Of a stretch of DNA of 64,000 bases, positions 36,119 through 47,853 are shown piece after piece. Under the pieces are notes generated by a model. It worked only from the letters and a program-made list of their open reading frames with translations, made no database searches and was not told the DNA's origin. The stretch spans positions 42,098,001-42,162,000 of the forward strand of contig OY740805.1 of assembly GCA_963514005.1 (NCBI GenBank), written 5' to 3'. Position numbers and translations under genes: made by a program. Positions within the stretch are counted from its first letter, which is position 1, and every line of letters starts with the position of its first letter. Source of the stretch: Raja brachyura (lineage: Eukaryota).

Positions 36119-36466
36119 AGGAGTTCGCTGTGATTGTGCCGGACTATCTAGTGGTGGCCATGGTGGGTGAAGATGCCGTGTTGGAATGTCAGAAGGTACC
36201 GGATACATCACTGGACGCTCTGGAGGTCCGATGGTTTACAACGAGCCCGGGGTCACCGGTACATTTGTACACCGGCGGCCAGGACCGAGCTGAGGTGCAG
36301 GACGGGGCTTACCGAGGGAGGACGGAGCTTATTCGGGAAGAGTTTCCCCGTGGAAACGCATCGCTTAAACTGAAGAGGGTCAAAGTATCAGATGCTGGAA
36401 TGTACACGTGTTCCATCAGCACCCCCACGTCCAGTCACCAGGCGGCGCTGCGGCTGCAGGTTGAAG
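36119..36466 (+). CDS. IgV exon (348 nt, open frame) of BTN-like gene A, inverted relative to the rest of the gene
   Basis: ttttctag| EFAVIVP..VGEDAVLEC..LEVRW..VHLY..YRGRTEL..GNASLKL..V.VSDAGMYTC..LQVE |gtgagt, phase 1-1. Confidence 0.93.
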
Positions 36467-37094
36467 GTGAGTCCCTATGGAGGCATAGAGTTCACACCAG
36501 GGTTTACACCGGGAATGTCAGTAAGCTGCCCCCCAGACTGGGATTTTACTGGGAAGGTCAAGGGTTACTGACAATGTTGACCGCTGCCTCGGCACAGGCT
36601 GGGAGTGACACGGCCTGGAACGGAATGGCAGCGGCGAGGTTGTGTGTAGGAAGGAACTGCAGATGCAGGTTTACACCGAATGTAGACATAAAATGCAGGA
36701 GTAACTCCGCGGGACAGGCAGCATGTGTGGAGAGCAGGAATGGGTGACGTTTCGGGTCGAGACCCATCTGAAGACTGAGAATCATGGGAGAGGGAGTCTA
36801 GAGATATGGAAGGGTAAGGTGGGAAAAAGATGAATCAAAGGGGACGCGGTTCAAGTAAAATGTAGAACAGATCATTGTTAGCTGAAGGGGAAGGTGACAA
36901 CGAGGCGATGGGGCGGTAACGCAGCGGTACCCGGTCACCCAACCAATGATCGTTGGAGTTCCCACCGCTGCTCTTTCTGTGGCTCTTCAGGCCCCGGCGT
37001 CATCTGCTGCTCACTGACCCAGCACACGGAAAGCCCTTTCCATGCCGAGATACATGTGTAACTATCGTGTTTACCGATTACATTCCGATTGCAG

Positions 37095-37569
37095 TTTGAA
37101 CATCGGGCCAATAGATCTGTGGATGACGCAGTCAACCTAGTCCTGCACTTCATCCTCCAGCACCTAGACTGCCAGGGGACCTATGCGAGGATTTTGTTTG
37201 TGGATTTTAGCTGTGCATTCAACACCATTGTGCCAGAGCTACAAACTCTCCAAATTGACTGTGCCTGAACCCCTCCGTCAGTGGATCACCAGCTTCGTGA
37301 CAGACAGGAAGCAGCATGTGAGGCTGGAAAAGCACATTTCAGCCCCGCAGACCCTCAGCATAGGAGCACCTCAAGGCTGTGTACTCTCGCCTCTCCTCGA
37401 TTCTCTCCACACCAATGACTGCACCTCCACAGATTCCCCTGTCAAGCTTCTCAAGTTTGCGGACGACACAACCCTGATTGGACTCATCCAGGATGGGGAG
37501 GAATCTGCCTACAGACAGGAAGTGGCACAGCTGGTGTCCTGGTGCCTTCGTAACAACTTGGAGCTCAAT
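37095..37569 (+). mobile_element. Rex1/Babar-like LINE, RT half (inside the inversion)
   Basis: GAPQGCVLSPLL, KFADDTTLIGLI, NNLELN. Confidence 0.88.
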
Positions 37570-37676
37570 AGGTCATGGGTACACAGAACACTCTGCCTTC
37601 ACTTTGTTGTACACTTTGATCCAGCTTCTGAACCCCCACACACCCCCCCTCCCCCCACACCCCCAGAATTTTTGAA

Positions 37677-38898
37677 GAGGTTACTAGGGAAATTGATGAG
37701 GGTAAAGCAGTGGATGTTGTCTATATGGATTTCAGTAAGGCCTTTGACAAGGTTCCCCGTGGAAGGTTGGTTAAGAAGGTTCAATCTTTTGGTGTTAATG
37801 GCGGAGCAGCAAGATGGATTCAACAGTGGCTGAATGGGAGATGCCAGAGAGTAATGGTGGATGGCTGTTTGTCAGGGAGGAAGCCGGTGACCAGTGGGGT
37901 GCCTCAGGGATCTGTGTTGGGTCCACTGTTGTTTGTCATGTGCATCAATGATCTAGATGATGGGGTGGAAAATTGGATAAGTAAGTATGCAGATGATACT
38001 AAGATAGGTGGTGCTGTGGATAATGAAGTAGATTTTCAAAGTTTACAAAGAGATTTGGGCCATTTGGAAGAGTGGGCTGAAAGATGGCAGATGGAGTTTA
38101 ATGCTGATAAGTGTGAAGTGCTACATCTTGGCATGACAAATCAAAATAGGAAATACATGGTAAATGGTAGGGAATTGAGGAATGCTGTGGAACAGAGGGA
38201 TCTAGGAATAACTGTGCACAGTTCCCTGAAGGTGGAATCGCATGCAGATAGGGTGGTAAAGAAATCTTTTGGTGTGCTGGCCTTTATAACTCAGAGCATT
38301 GAATATAGGAGTAGGGAAGTGATGTTAAAATTGTACAAGGCATTGGTAAGACCAATTCTGGAGTATGGTGTACAATTTTGGTCGCCTAATTATAGGAAGG
38401 ATGTCAACAAAATAGGGCGAGTACAGAGGAGATTTACTAGAATGTTGCCTGGGTTCCAGCAACTAAGTTACAGAGAAAGGTTGAACAAGTTAGGTCTTTA
38501 TTCTTTGGAGCGCAGAAGGTTAAGGGGGGTCTTGATTGAGGTCTTTAAAATGATGAAAGGGATAGACAGAGTTGACGTGGATAAGCTTTTCCCATTGAGG
38601 GTAGGGAAGATTCAAACAAGAGGGAATGACATGAGAATTAAGGAACAGAAGTTTAGGGGTAACATGAGGGGGAACTTCTTTACTCAGAGAGTGGAATGAT
38701 CTTCCAGCAGAAGTGGTGGAGGTAGGATCGATTTTAACATTTAAAAGTAAATTGGATAGGTATATGGACGGGAAGGGAATGGAGGCGTATGGTCTGAGTG
38801 CAGGTGGATGGGACTAGGGGAAAATAAATGGTGGGCACGGACTGAAAGGGCAGAGAAGTCCTGTTTCCGTGCTGTAATTGTTGTATGGTTATATGCTT
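37677..38898 (+). mobile_element. CR1 RT 3' portion
   Basis: ORF 37710..38699 with [10 protein letters not shown] and YADD; gttatatg tail. Confidence 0.93.
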
Positions 38899-39016
38899 AT
38901 AGTCCAAATCCTGCAATCTGGATGTAATCGGTGAAAACAATTGTTACATGTGTATCTTGACATGGAAAGGGCTTTCCGTGTGCCGGGTCAGTGAGCAGCA
39001 GAGGACGCCGGGGCCC
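38899..39016 (-). pseudogene. Intron end, acceptor and about 12-nt stub of the IgC exon of BTN-like gene B
   Basis: gattgcag|gatttggacta matches 62608-62720 and 37000-37094. Confidence 0.75.
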
Positions 39017-39699
39017 AGGGCCGGATTTAGATGAAGAGAGGCCCTAGGCTGTTCCACTTGTGAGGCCCCTCCCAATCCCCCACCCCCACGACTAGAGGAA
39101 GATGGTCCACCAGATTGGCACCGATTTGCAGCCGAGCATTTGCAATGAGATGAGGGGCAGGAAAGCTGTGCTTTATTTATTTATTTATTGCCAGTGCTAG
39201 TGTCGAGTTATCGGCTTAAAAGAATATTATTCTGAAATGGAGGACAATGAAAATTACTGAAGCGTTGTTTAGAAACTACAGTGCATTGTGACAGCATATG
39301 TAAGAAAGGCCTGTGACAGTGTCAAAAATATTATACAACTTGCAGGGCTCTCACTTTTTTTCCCTGTTGTCAGCCGGGCAACCTTGGCAGCTTTTTAAGT
39401 TGCCAAATGACAGTTTAGGTGGTCATTTCAGACGGCTTGCATGCAATAATGCGCTCGGAGAAAGTGCGTAGTTACTAGTCGGAATTATGCTCAATGAAGC
39501 ATTCACATATTATTTCTGCTTCAAATAAAGTCACAAACTAAACATATTCAGCAATCAAGACATGATATATACCACAATGGCATGCAGCAAAATTATAATA
39601 CAGTATCTCAACTCTTTTTACACTTTGCAATTAATGCAATTTCTAATATTTCTTTCCATTTCCAAACAAAATTGTGGTTGGATTATTCAGTGGATGATC

Positions 39700-40105
39700 A
39701 ACCTCAGTGAGACGAAGCGTAGGCTTGGCGATCGCTTCACACAACACCTCCACCCAGTTCGCAATAACCAACCTGATCTCCCGGTGGCTCAGCACTTCAA
39801 CTCCCCCTCCCATTCAGAATCCGACTTTTCTGTCCTGGGCCTCTTCCATGGCCAGAGTGAGGCCCAGCGTAAATTGAGGAGCAGCACCTGATATTTCGCT
39901 TGGGCAGTTTACACCCCAGCGGTATGAACATTGACTTCTTCAATTTCAGGTAATCCCTGCTTTCGCCTCCCCTTCCCAGCTCTCCCACAGCCCACTGTTT
40001 CTGCCTCTTCCTTTCTTCTTCCCGCCCCCCCCCCCACCCTCACATCAGTTCGAAGAAGGGTCTCGACCCAAAACGTCGCCTATTTTCTTCGCTCCATAGA
40101 TGCTG
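39700..40105 (+). mobile_element. Older Penelope GIY-YIG/3' fragment
   Basis: ETKRRLGDRF..NNQPDLPVAQHFNS; decayed hammerhead at 40050-40077. Confidence 0.85.
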
Positions 40106-41059
40106 AAATAAAATGAAATGCTACCTTTATTGTCGTTCGGACCGAAAGGTCTGAACAAAATTTCGTGCTGCCTCACCTGCTGTGTTTGTCCTGCATTTCT
40201 TTCTACCCATTCACACAAGTTCTATTATCCCACTTTCCTCACCAACTCCCTACACATTAGGGGCAATTTCACACAGACAAGTTAACCTAGAAAGCCAGTG
40301 CATCTTTGGGATGTGGGAGGAAACCCACACGCTTGCAGGGAGAATGTGCAAATTCAACACAGACAGTGCCCGAGGACAGGATCGAACACAGATCTCTGGC
40401 GTGTGAGGCAGTACGTCTACCAGCTGTGCCACTATATTTTGTTTTGCAACACAAAAAGTTATACGTTGATAACTTTGGTTACTAAAACAATTAAAATATC
40501 AATTTTCAGTCTTATATCTCCAAGTGATGCTATGTCCCCCTTTACAGCTACTGTATGTTTTAATTAAGTTCAAGACTATGGGGCAGTATATTGGCCATAA
40601 AGTTGCTGCCTAAAAGTGCCAGAGACCCGGAATTGATCCAGAATATGGGTGCTGTCTGTACGGAGTTTGCTCCTTTTCCCTTTGATCGCATGGGTTTTCT
40701 CCGGGTGCTCTTGTTTCCTTCCACATTCCAAAGTTGTGCAGGAATCTTTCAGACCCAACCCAATAAGTAATATTTTCCTTTTGTCCAGAGAATCTGTCTG
40801 ACCTGTTGAGTTACTCCAGCTGTTTGTGACTATCTTCAGTTTTGTGTCTATGACAACATCTGCAGTTCCTTCCTACACACACAATACTATACGAGAGAAC
40901 TTTATTAATCCCAGGAGGGAAATTCTGTGCATGTGTCTATATATATTACACACACACATAAAAAGAAATGCACATATTTATATATATTCATATATAAATA
41001 TACAGAGTTTTGTTTTCTCATTTATAACATTGTTTACAGAGTACTATGTTTACATATTT

Positions 41060-41480
41060 ACATACTCGCTGGAATTTAGAAGATTGAGGGGGGATCTTAT
41101 AGAAACTTACAAAATTCTTAAGGGGTTGGACAAGCTAGATGCTGGAAGATTGTTCCCGATGTTCGAGGAGTCCAGAACAAGGGGTCACAGTCTAAGGATA
41201 AGGGGGAATTCCTTTAAGACCGAGATGAGGAAAACATTCTTTACACAGAGAGTGGCGAGTCTCTGGAATTCTCTGCCACAGAAGGGCCAGTTCATTGGCT
41301 ATATTTAAGAGGGCGTTAGATGTGGCACTTGTGGCTGAAGGGATCAGGGGGTATGGAGAGAAGGCAGGTACGGGATACGGAGTGGGATCATCAGCCATGA
41401 TCACATTGAATGGCAGTGCAGGCTCGAAGGGCCGAATGGCCTACTCTTGCACCTATTTTTCTATATGTTCTATGTTCTCT
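41060..41480 (+). mobile_element. CR1 3' fragment
   Basis: YSLEFRRLRGDLIETYK..RTRGHSL. Confidence 0.85.
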
Positions 41481-42227
41481 GTTCCTGTTGTGCTGCTTCA
41501 AGTAAGGATTTCATTGTTTTAACTGGGACGTGAGAGAATAAAACACTCTTGACTCTCGACTTATTGTGTGGGATAGAACTAGTGTATGGGTGATCGGTGG
41601 TCGGCGTGGACTCGGTGGGCCGAAGGGCTTGTTTCCATGCTGTATCTTTAAATTAAACTAAAGACACTAAACCCAGAGGGAGTCTAAAGAAGGGCCTCAA
41701 CACGAAACGTCACACAATTTCGTCTATGCAGAGTTGCTGACTGCTCCATGGAGATTCCCCGCACAATTAAAGCATGGAATAGTCTTCACCCTACCATAGG
41801 TACCCAACCAGGTGCAACTAAATTTAAGGTACCTCGTTTTATCCCAAGAACCCTTTTTTGCTTAAGTCCAAGGCAAGAGTCAAGAGAGTTTTATTGTCAT
41901 GTGTCCCAGAGAGGACAATGACATTCTTGCTTGTTGCAGCACAACAGAATATGTAAACATAATACAGAACAGGAGATAAAAGTGTGTTTATATACCATTG
42001 ACCATATATACACTCAATAAATAAACAGATAAAATGCAATAGGCTGTTATTGTTCAGCCCCCCACCACCTCCAGTTTAAATTCCATTTGGAATAATTATG
42101 GAGGACCAGGAAACCAGAAGCAAGTTACTCCAGGGAGTTACTCCAGATCTAGGGTCAGGGAGTGATTCTGAGTTGGTTTTCAGCGGTCGCGGCGAGGCGG
42201 CGACCGGACAGCAATGGCGGCCAGATC

Positions 42228-43905
42228 ATAGAAAATAGGTGCAGGAGCTGGCCATTCGGCCCTTCGAGCCTGCACCGCCATTCAATATGATCATGGCTGA
42301 TCATCCAACTCCGTATCCTGTACCTGCCTTCTGTTACCCCCTGATCCCTTTAGACACAAGGGCCACATCTAACTCCCTCTTAAATATAGCCAACAAACTG
42401 GCCTCAACTACATTCTATGGCAGAGAATTCCACAGATTCACCACTCTCTGTGTGAAAAATGATTTTCTCATCTCGGTCCTAAAAGACTTCCCTCTTATCC
42501 TTAAACTGTGACGCCTTGTTCTGGACTTCCCCAACATTGGGAACAATCTTCCTGCATCTTGCCTGTCCAACCCCTTAAGAATTTTGTAAGTCTCTATAAG
42601 ATTCTCCCTCAATCTTCCAAATACCAGCGAGTACAAGACGAGTCTATCCAGTCTTTCTTCATATGGAATTCCTGCCATCCCAGGAATCAGTCTGGTGAAC
42701 ATTCTCTGTACACCCTCTATGGCAAGAATCTATTTGCTCAGATCAGGAGATCCTGTACAACTGCAGTAGAACTACCCTGGTCTTGTACTCAAATCCTTTT
42801 GCTATGAATGCCAACATACAATTCTCCCATTTTCCTAATCGGTCACCATTCAGATAATAGTCTACCCTTCTGTTTTTGCCACCAAAGTGGATAACCTCAC
42901 AATTATCCACATTAAACTGCATCTGCCATGCACTTGCCCACTCACCCAACCTATCCAAGTCACCTTGCAGCCTCCTAGCATCCTCCTCGCAGCTAACACA
43001 GCGCCCCAGCTTCGTGTCATCTGCAAATTTGGAGATGTTGAATTCAATTCCCTCATCCAGATCATTAATATATATTGTAAATAGCTGGGGTCCCGACACT
43101 GAGCCTTGCGGTACCCCACTCGTCACTGCCTGCCATTCTGAAAATGACCCATTTACTCCTGCTCTTTGCTTCCTGTCTGCTAGCCAGTTCTCTATCCACA
43201 TCAATACTGAACCCTCAATACCGTGTGCTTAAAGTTTGTATACTAATCTCTTATGTGGGACCTTGTTGAAAGCCTTCTGAAAGTCCAGATATAACACATC
43301 CACAGGTTCTCCCTTATCCACTCTACTAGTTACATCCTCAAAAAAGTCTATAAGATTCGTCAGACATGAATTACCTTTCATAAATCCATGCTGACTTTGT
43401 CCAATGATTTCACCACTTTCCAAATGCGCTGCTATCCCATCTTTAATAACTGACTCTAGCATTTTCCCCACTACCGATGTTAGAGTAACTGGTCTGTAAT
43501 TCCCCGTTTTCTCTCTCTCCCTCACTGTTTAAAAAGTGGGATTACATCAGCTACCCTCCAATCCTCAGGAACTACTCCAGAATCTAAAGAGTTTTGAAAA
43601 TTTATGACTAATACATCTGCTATTTCTGGGGCTACTTCCTTAAGTACTCTGGGATGCAGCCTATCTGGCCCTGGGGATTTATCGGCCTTTAATCCATTCA
43701 ATTTACCTAACACCATTTCCCGGCTAACCTGGATTTCACTCAGTTCCTTCATCTCATTTGACCCCCGGTCCCCTGCTATTTCCGACAGATTACTTATGTC
43801 TTCCTTAGTGAAGACATAATCAAAGTAGTTATTCAATTTGTCTGCCATGTCCTTGTTCCCCATGATCAATTCACCTGTTTCTGACTGCAAGGGACCTATA
43901 TTTAT
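42228..43905 (-). mobile_element. CR1 ORF2 (RT) fragment in the IgV-IgC intron of gene B
   Basis: ORFs 42415..42702, 42743..43204, 43229..43525, 43522..43917. Confidence 0.9.
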
Positions 43906-44026
43906 CCCACAATTCAAAGCAAGGGAGAAACTTGACCTTCCCAGTAAAATCCCAGTCTGGGGGGCAGCTTACTGACATTCCCGGCGTAAACCCTGGTGTG
44001 AACTCTATGCCTCCAGAGGAACTCAC

Positions 44027-44375
44027 CTTCAACCTGCAGCCGCAGCGCCGCCTGGTGACTGGACGTGGGGGTGCTGATGGAACACGTGTACATTCCAGCA
44101 TCTGATACTTTGACCCTCTTCAGTTTAAGCGATGCATTTCCACGGGGAAATTCTTCCCGAATAAGCTCCGTCCTCCCTCGGTAAGCCCCGTCCTGCACCT
44201 CAGGTCGGTCCTGGCCGCCGGTGTATAAATGTACCGGTGACCCCGGGCTCGTTGTAAACCATCGGACCTCCAGAGCGTCCAGTGATGTATCCGGTACCTT
44301 CTGACATTCCAACACGGCATCTCCACCCAACCATGGCCACCACCGGATAGTCTGGCACAATCACAGCGAACTCCT
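44027..44375 (-). pseudogene. IgV exon of BTN-like gene B (349 nt, +1 frameshift near 44330)
   Basis: Near identical to 36119-36466 with intact splice sites; atggttgggtgg versus atggtgggtga. Confidence 0.9.
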
Positions 44376-44829
44376 CTAGAAAATACAATGGTTAAGTTTC
44401 AGAATATTTGTCGAATCTTTCCTGCTGGCGATTTAAAGAAAGCAATTGTGATTCTTTTGTTATATTTTGGAACTCTTCCAAATATCATTGGTCTGGATAC
44501 ATTGCTCATATGAAAGATTCAATGCATAATAAAAGCTGCTGCATATATTTTCGACCGGAAACATCACCTATTCTTCTGCCTGACCCAGTGAGTTGTTCCA
44601 GCATTTTGTGTCTGCCTTCGGTATAAACTAGCCTCTGCAGTTCAATAGCCACATATTCTCGTTGTCTTTCCTTTCCCACTAATTACACAGGTCAGGGGTA
44701 CACAGAACACTCTGCCTTCACTCTCCCGCACACCAAGGAATCCAGCAAGTTGAAAAATGTCCTTTAAAGAAACAAAGCTGCTGCCCTTCCCCAGTCTGTG
44801 ATCCATGTAACTCCCAGACACGCAGCAAT

Positions 44830-46645
44830 CAGGCACGTGCCGTGAGTAATTACTCAGGGTAGGCTCTCAGTCCGCTTTAAAAAAACTAAACCGCGCATGC
44901 GCAGATTGTTCTCCCCGTTAAAGAAATAAATAAATAAAGAAAGAAAGACAGTGACATTTCAATTTGCCCAAGGCTTCCTAGTCCTAGACCAATTGGGGGA
45001 ACAGTTCCTTTCACAGCGTGTGTAGTCTGTGCCAGGGGTAAAGTTGTGGGGAGGGCACGAGTGTTGAGTAGGGCGCGAAGCCACACACCGTAGCTGGGGA
45101 TAGAAGCAGCTCTGGTATGAGCAGCCACCGGGACCCTTCAGCAGAACTGGCCACCCCTTCAGCGCCTTCTGCCGGCCCGCTCACCTTTAGCAGTGCTCTC
45201 CGTCGGAACACCTGTCACCTGCCGTTAACCGAGCTCATGTCAGCGGCTTCCTGCATATCCTTAAATTCCCACAGCCGAGTAACCTCAATCGCGCTGTTGG
45301 AATTTAAGGGCATGAGTGAGGCCAGCGAGTGGTAGGAGAGAGGTTTTTAGACGGAGAGTTGCCAGAGGTGAGCGGGGACCGGCATAAGGAGCTAAGGTGG
45401 CGGGGGTACACAAAAGGCTGGAGAAACTCAGCGGGTGCAGCAGCATCTAAGGAGCGAAGGAGATAGGCGACGTTTCGGGCTGAAACCCTTCTACAGACTG
45501 GCTAGGGATCAGGGAAATGAGAGATATAGACGGTGATGTGGAGAGATAAAGAACAATGAATGAAAGATATGCAAAAAAGTATCGATGATAAAGGAAACAG
45601 GCCATTGTAAGCTGTTTGTAGTGTGAAAATGAGAAGCTAGTGCGACTTGGGTGGGGGAGAGATAGAGAGAGGGAATGCCAGGGCCCGAGGGCTGAGGGAG
45701 AGGTGGGAAGGGGAGGAGGCAGCAAGGGTTAACAAAATTGAGAAAATTCAATGTTTAAGCCCAGAGGATGCAGACTCCCCAAGCGGAATATGAGGTGCTG
45801 TTCCTCCAACTTGCGGTGTTGCTCACTCTGGCCGTGGAGGAGGCCCAGGACAGAGAGGTCGGATACGGAATGGGAGGGGGAGTTGAAGTGCTGAGCCACC
45901 GGGAGGTCGGGTTGGTTATTGCGGACCGAGCGGAGGTGTTCGGCGAAACGATCGGCAAGCCTCCGCTTGGTCTCACCGATATAGATCAGCCGGCATTTGG
46001 TGGCGGCTGGTTCCGCTGTCCGGCAAGGCGGCCGTTCAGCCACCCGAGCTACTTCTCTCTCTCCTCTTCCCCCCCCCCCCCCCCCGGCCTCAGAGCGGTG
46101 GCATTGCATGCCCCCGTGCAAGGAGCGTCGCAAGTGGCTGCTCCCGACCCCTCATTCATAAAATTCGTGCCCTCCCCGCAACTTTACCCCGGGCCAGACC
46201 CCTCAAACGCTGTGAAAGGATCTCTCCCCCCACCCCCACACCCCGGGAAATACAGTATTTAAAAACATAAACACAAAATGTACTTACCACATTATTGGTA
46301 CACGACAAACCATAGTTTAAAACCCCGCCAAGAAACTAGCTCTGCGCATGCGCAGTAGACTGATGCGCATGTGCAGTGCAGCAAAGGCAGAATTTCTGCT
46401 GCCTTCAGCCCCGCTTGAAACTGACGGCTTCAGGCAGCGCCGACGGCACGTGGGCTACACAGAGCTTCCCGTGTTACAAGCGCTGCGGATGAAAGGCACG
46501 GAGAATTATGCCTACCTAAGAGATCGGTCTCTTACATAGGCATCATTCTCCCATGCCGTTACTATTTATATTTAGTTATTACTATGTTATAATTTTAGTC
46601 AGGGTAGGCAGTGCCTACCTTGCCTACCCTGACGGCACGTGTCTG
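44830..46645. mobile_element. Non-autonomous hAT-type transposon, copy 2, containing a Penelope insertion
   Basis: TIRs caggcacgtgccgt / acggcacgtgtctg; exact 8-bp TSD gcagcaat at 44822-44829 and 46646-46653. Confidence 0.92.
45404..45998 (-). mobile_element. 5'-truncated Penelope-like insertion
   Basis: Near identical to 4650-5250; flanking duplication ggtggcgg at 45396-45403 and 45999-46006. Confidence 0.9.
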
Positions 46646-47169
46646 GCAGCAATGTTGTACACTTTGATCCAGAATCTGAAATGCCTCCCGTGATCATCAG
46701 TGTGATGAGAGGTTTAAATATTTAAGATAGAAATGGTGAATTGTGAGGCAAGCAGACTCTTCCCAGCTTTAAGTGCTGGAACTGTGGTGATAATGACAGG
46801 GAAAGAACCCCGTGGATGGTGGAAATCTGAAACGGGAAATGCCAGCTAGTGTGTGAATGGCAAGTACAGGCCTGATGTGTCCACTCTGCAGAAACACACG
46901 CCACATGGAGCTGTGTAGTAGAGGCTGCTGAATGCCATGGAAACAGACAGTATAATAATGTAAATAGACCATTCATGGGGAGAGCAGATTGGGAGAGGTG
47001 GGAAGATGCTTGGTGCGTCTGTTCAATTGGAAATGGCCAGCACATAATTAGAGTCATAGAGTGATACTGTGTGGAAATGGGTCATTCGGCCCAACTTGCC
47101 CACACCGGCCAACATTTCCCAGCTGTACTAGTCCCACCTGCCCGCCTTTGGTCCATATCCCTCCAAACA

Positions 47170-47853
47170 TGTCCTGTCCATGTACCACACCTGTCCTATC
47201 CATGTGACACACCTGTCCTATCCATGTGACACACCTGTCCTATCCATGTGACACACCTGTCCTATCCATGTGACACACCTGTCCTATCCATGTACCACAC
47301 CTGTCCTATCCATGTACCACACCTGTCCTATCCATGACACACCTGTCCTATCCATGACACACACCTGTCCTATCCATGTACCACACCTGTCCTATCCATG
47401 TACCACACCTGTCCTATCCATGTACCACACCTGTCCCATCCATGTACCACACCTGTCCCATCCATGTACCACACCTGTCCCATCCATGTACCACACCCGT
47501 CCCATCCATGTAAAACACCCGTCCTATCCATGTACCACACCTGTCCCATCCATGTAACACACCTGTCCCATCCATGTACCACACTTGGCCTATCCATGTA
47601 CCACACCTGGCCTATCCATGTAACACACCTGTCCCATCCGTGTAACACACCTGTCCCATCCGTGTACCACACCTGTGCTATCCGTGTACCACACCTGTCC
47701 CATCCATGTACCACACCTGTCCTATCCATGTACCACACCTGGCGTATCCATGTACCACACCTGTCCTATCCATGTACCACACCTGTCCTATCCATGTACC
47801 ACACCTGTCCTATCCATGTACCACACCTGTCCTATCCATGTACCACACCTGTC
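47170..47853. repeat. 22-bp minisatellite (cacctgtcctatccatgtacca) of about 31 copies, resuming at 51150-51200
   Basis: Head-to-tail units with no spacers. Confidence 0.95.

Noticed and set aside
36106-36747. Stand-alone + strand 213-aa IgV gene
   Set aside because: Only 36119-36466 is exon; no leader or downstream + strand exons; the orientation is explained by the inversion
39016-39700. Possible hAT ends (cagggccggattt, cagggctctc)
   Set aside because: No matching second TIR or TSD found in the window
46755-46900. Candidate signal-peptide exon for gene B (..PVIITTVPALKA)
   Set aside because: Position is plausible but I found no clear ATG and the donor reads ggaaga rather than gtaaga; not supportable
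47170-47853. CRISPR-like regular array / His-Cys-Pro repeat proteins (ORFs 47270..47964)
   Set aside because: Head-to-tail 22-mers without unique spacers, no cas genes, eukaryotic context; the ORFs are by-products of the repeat
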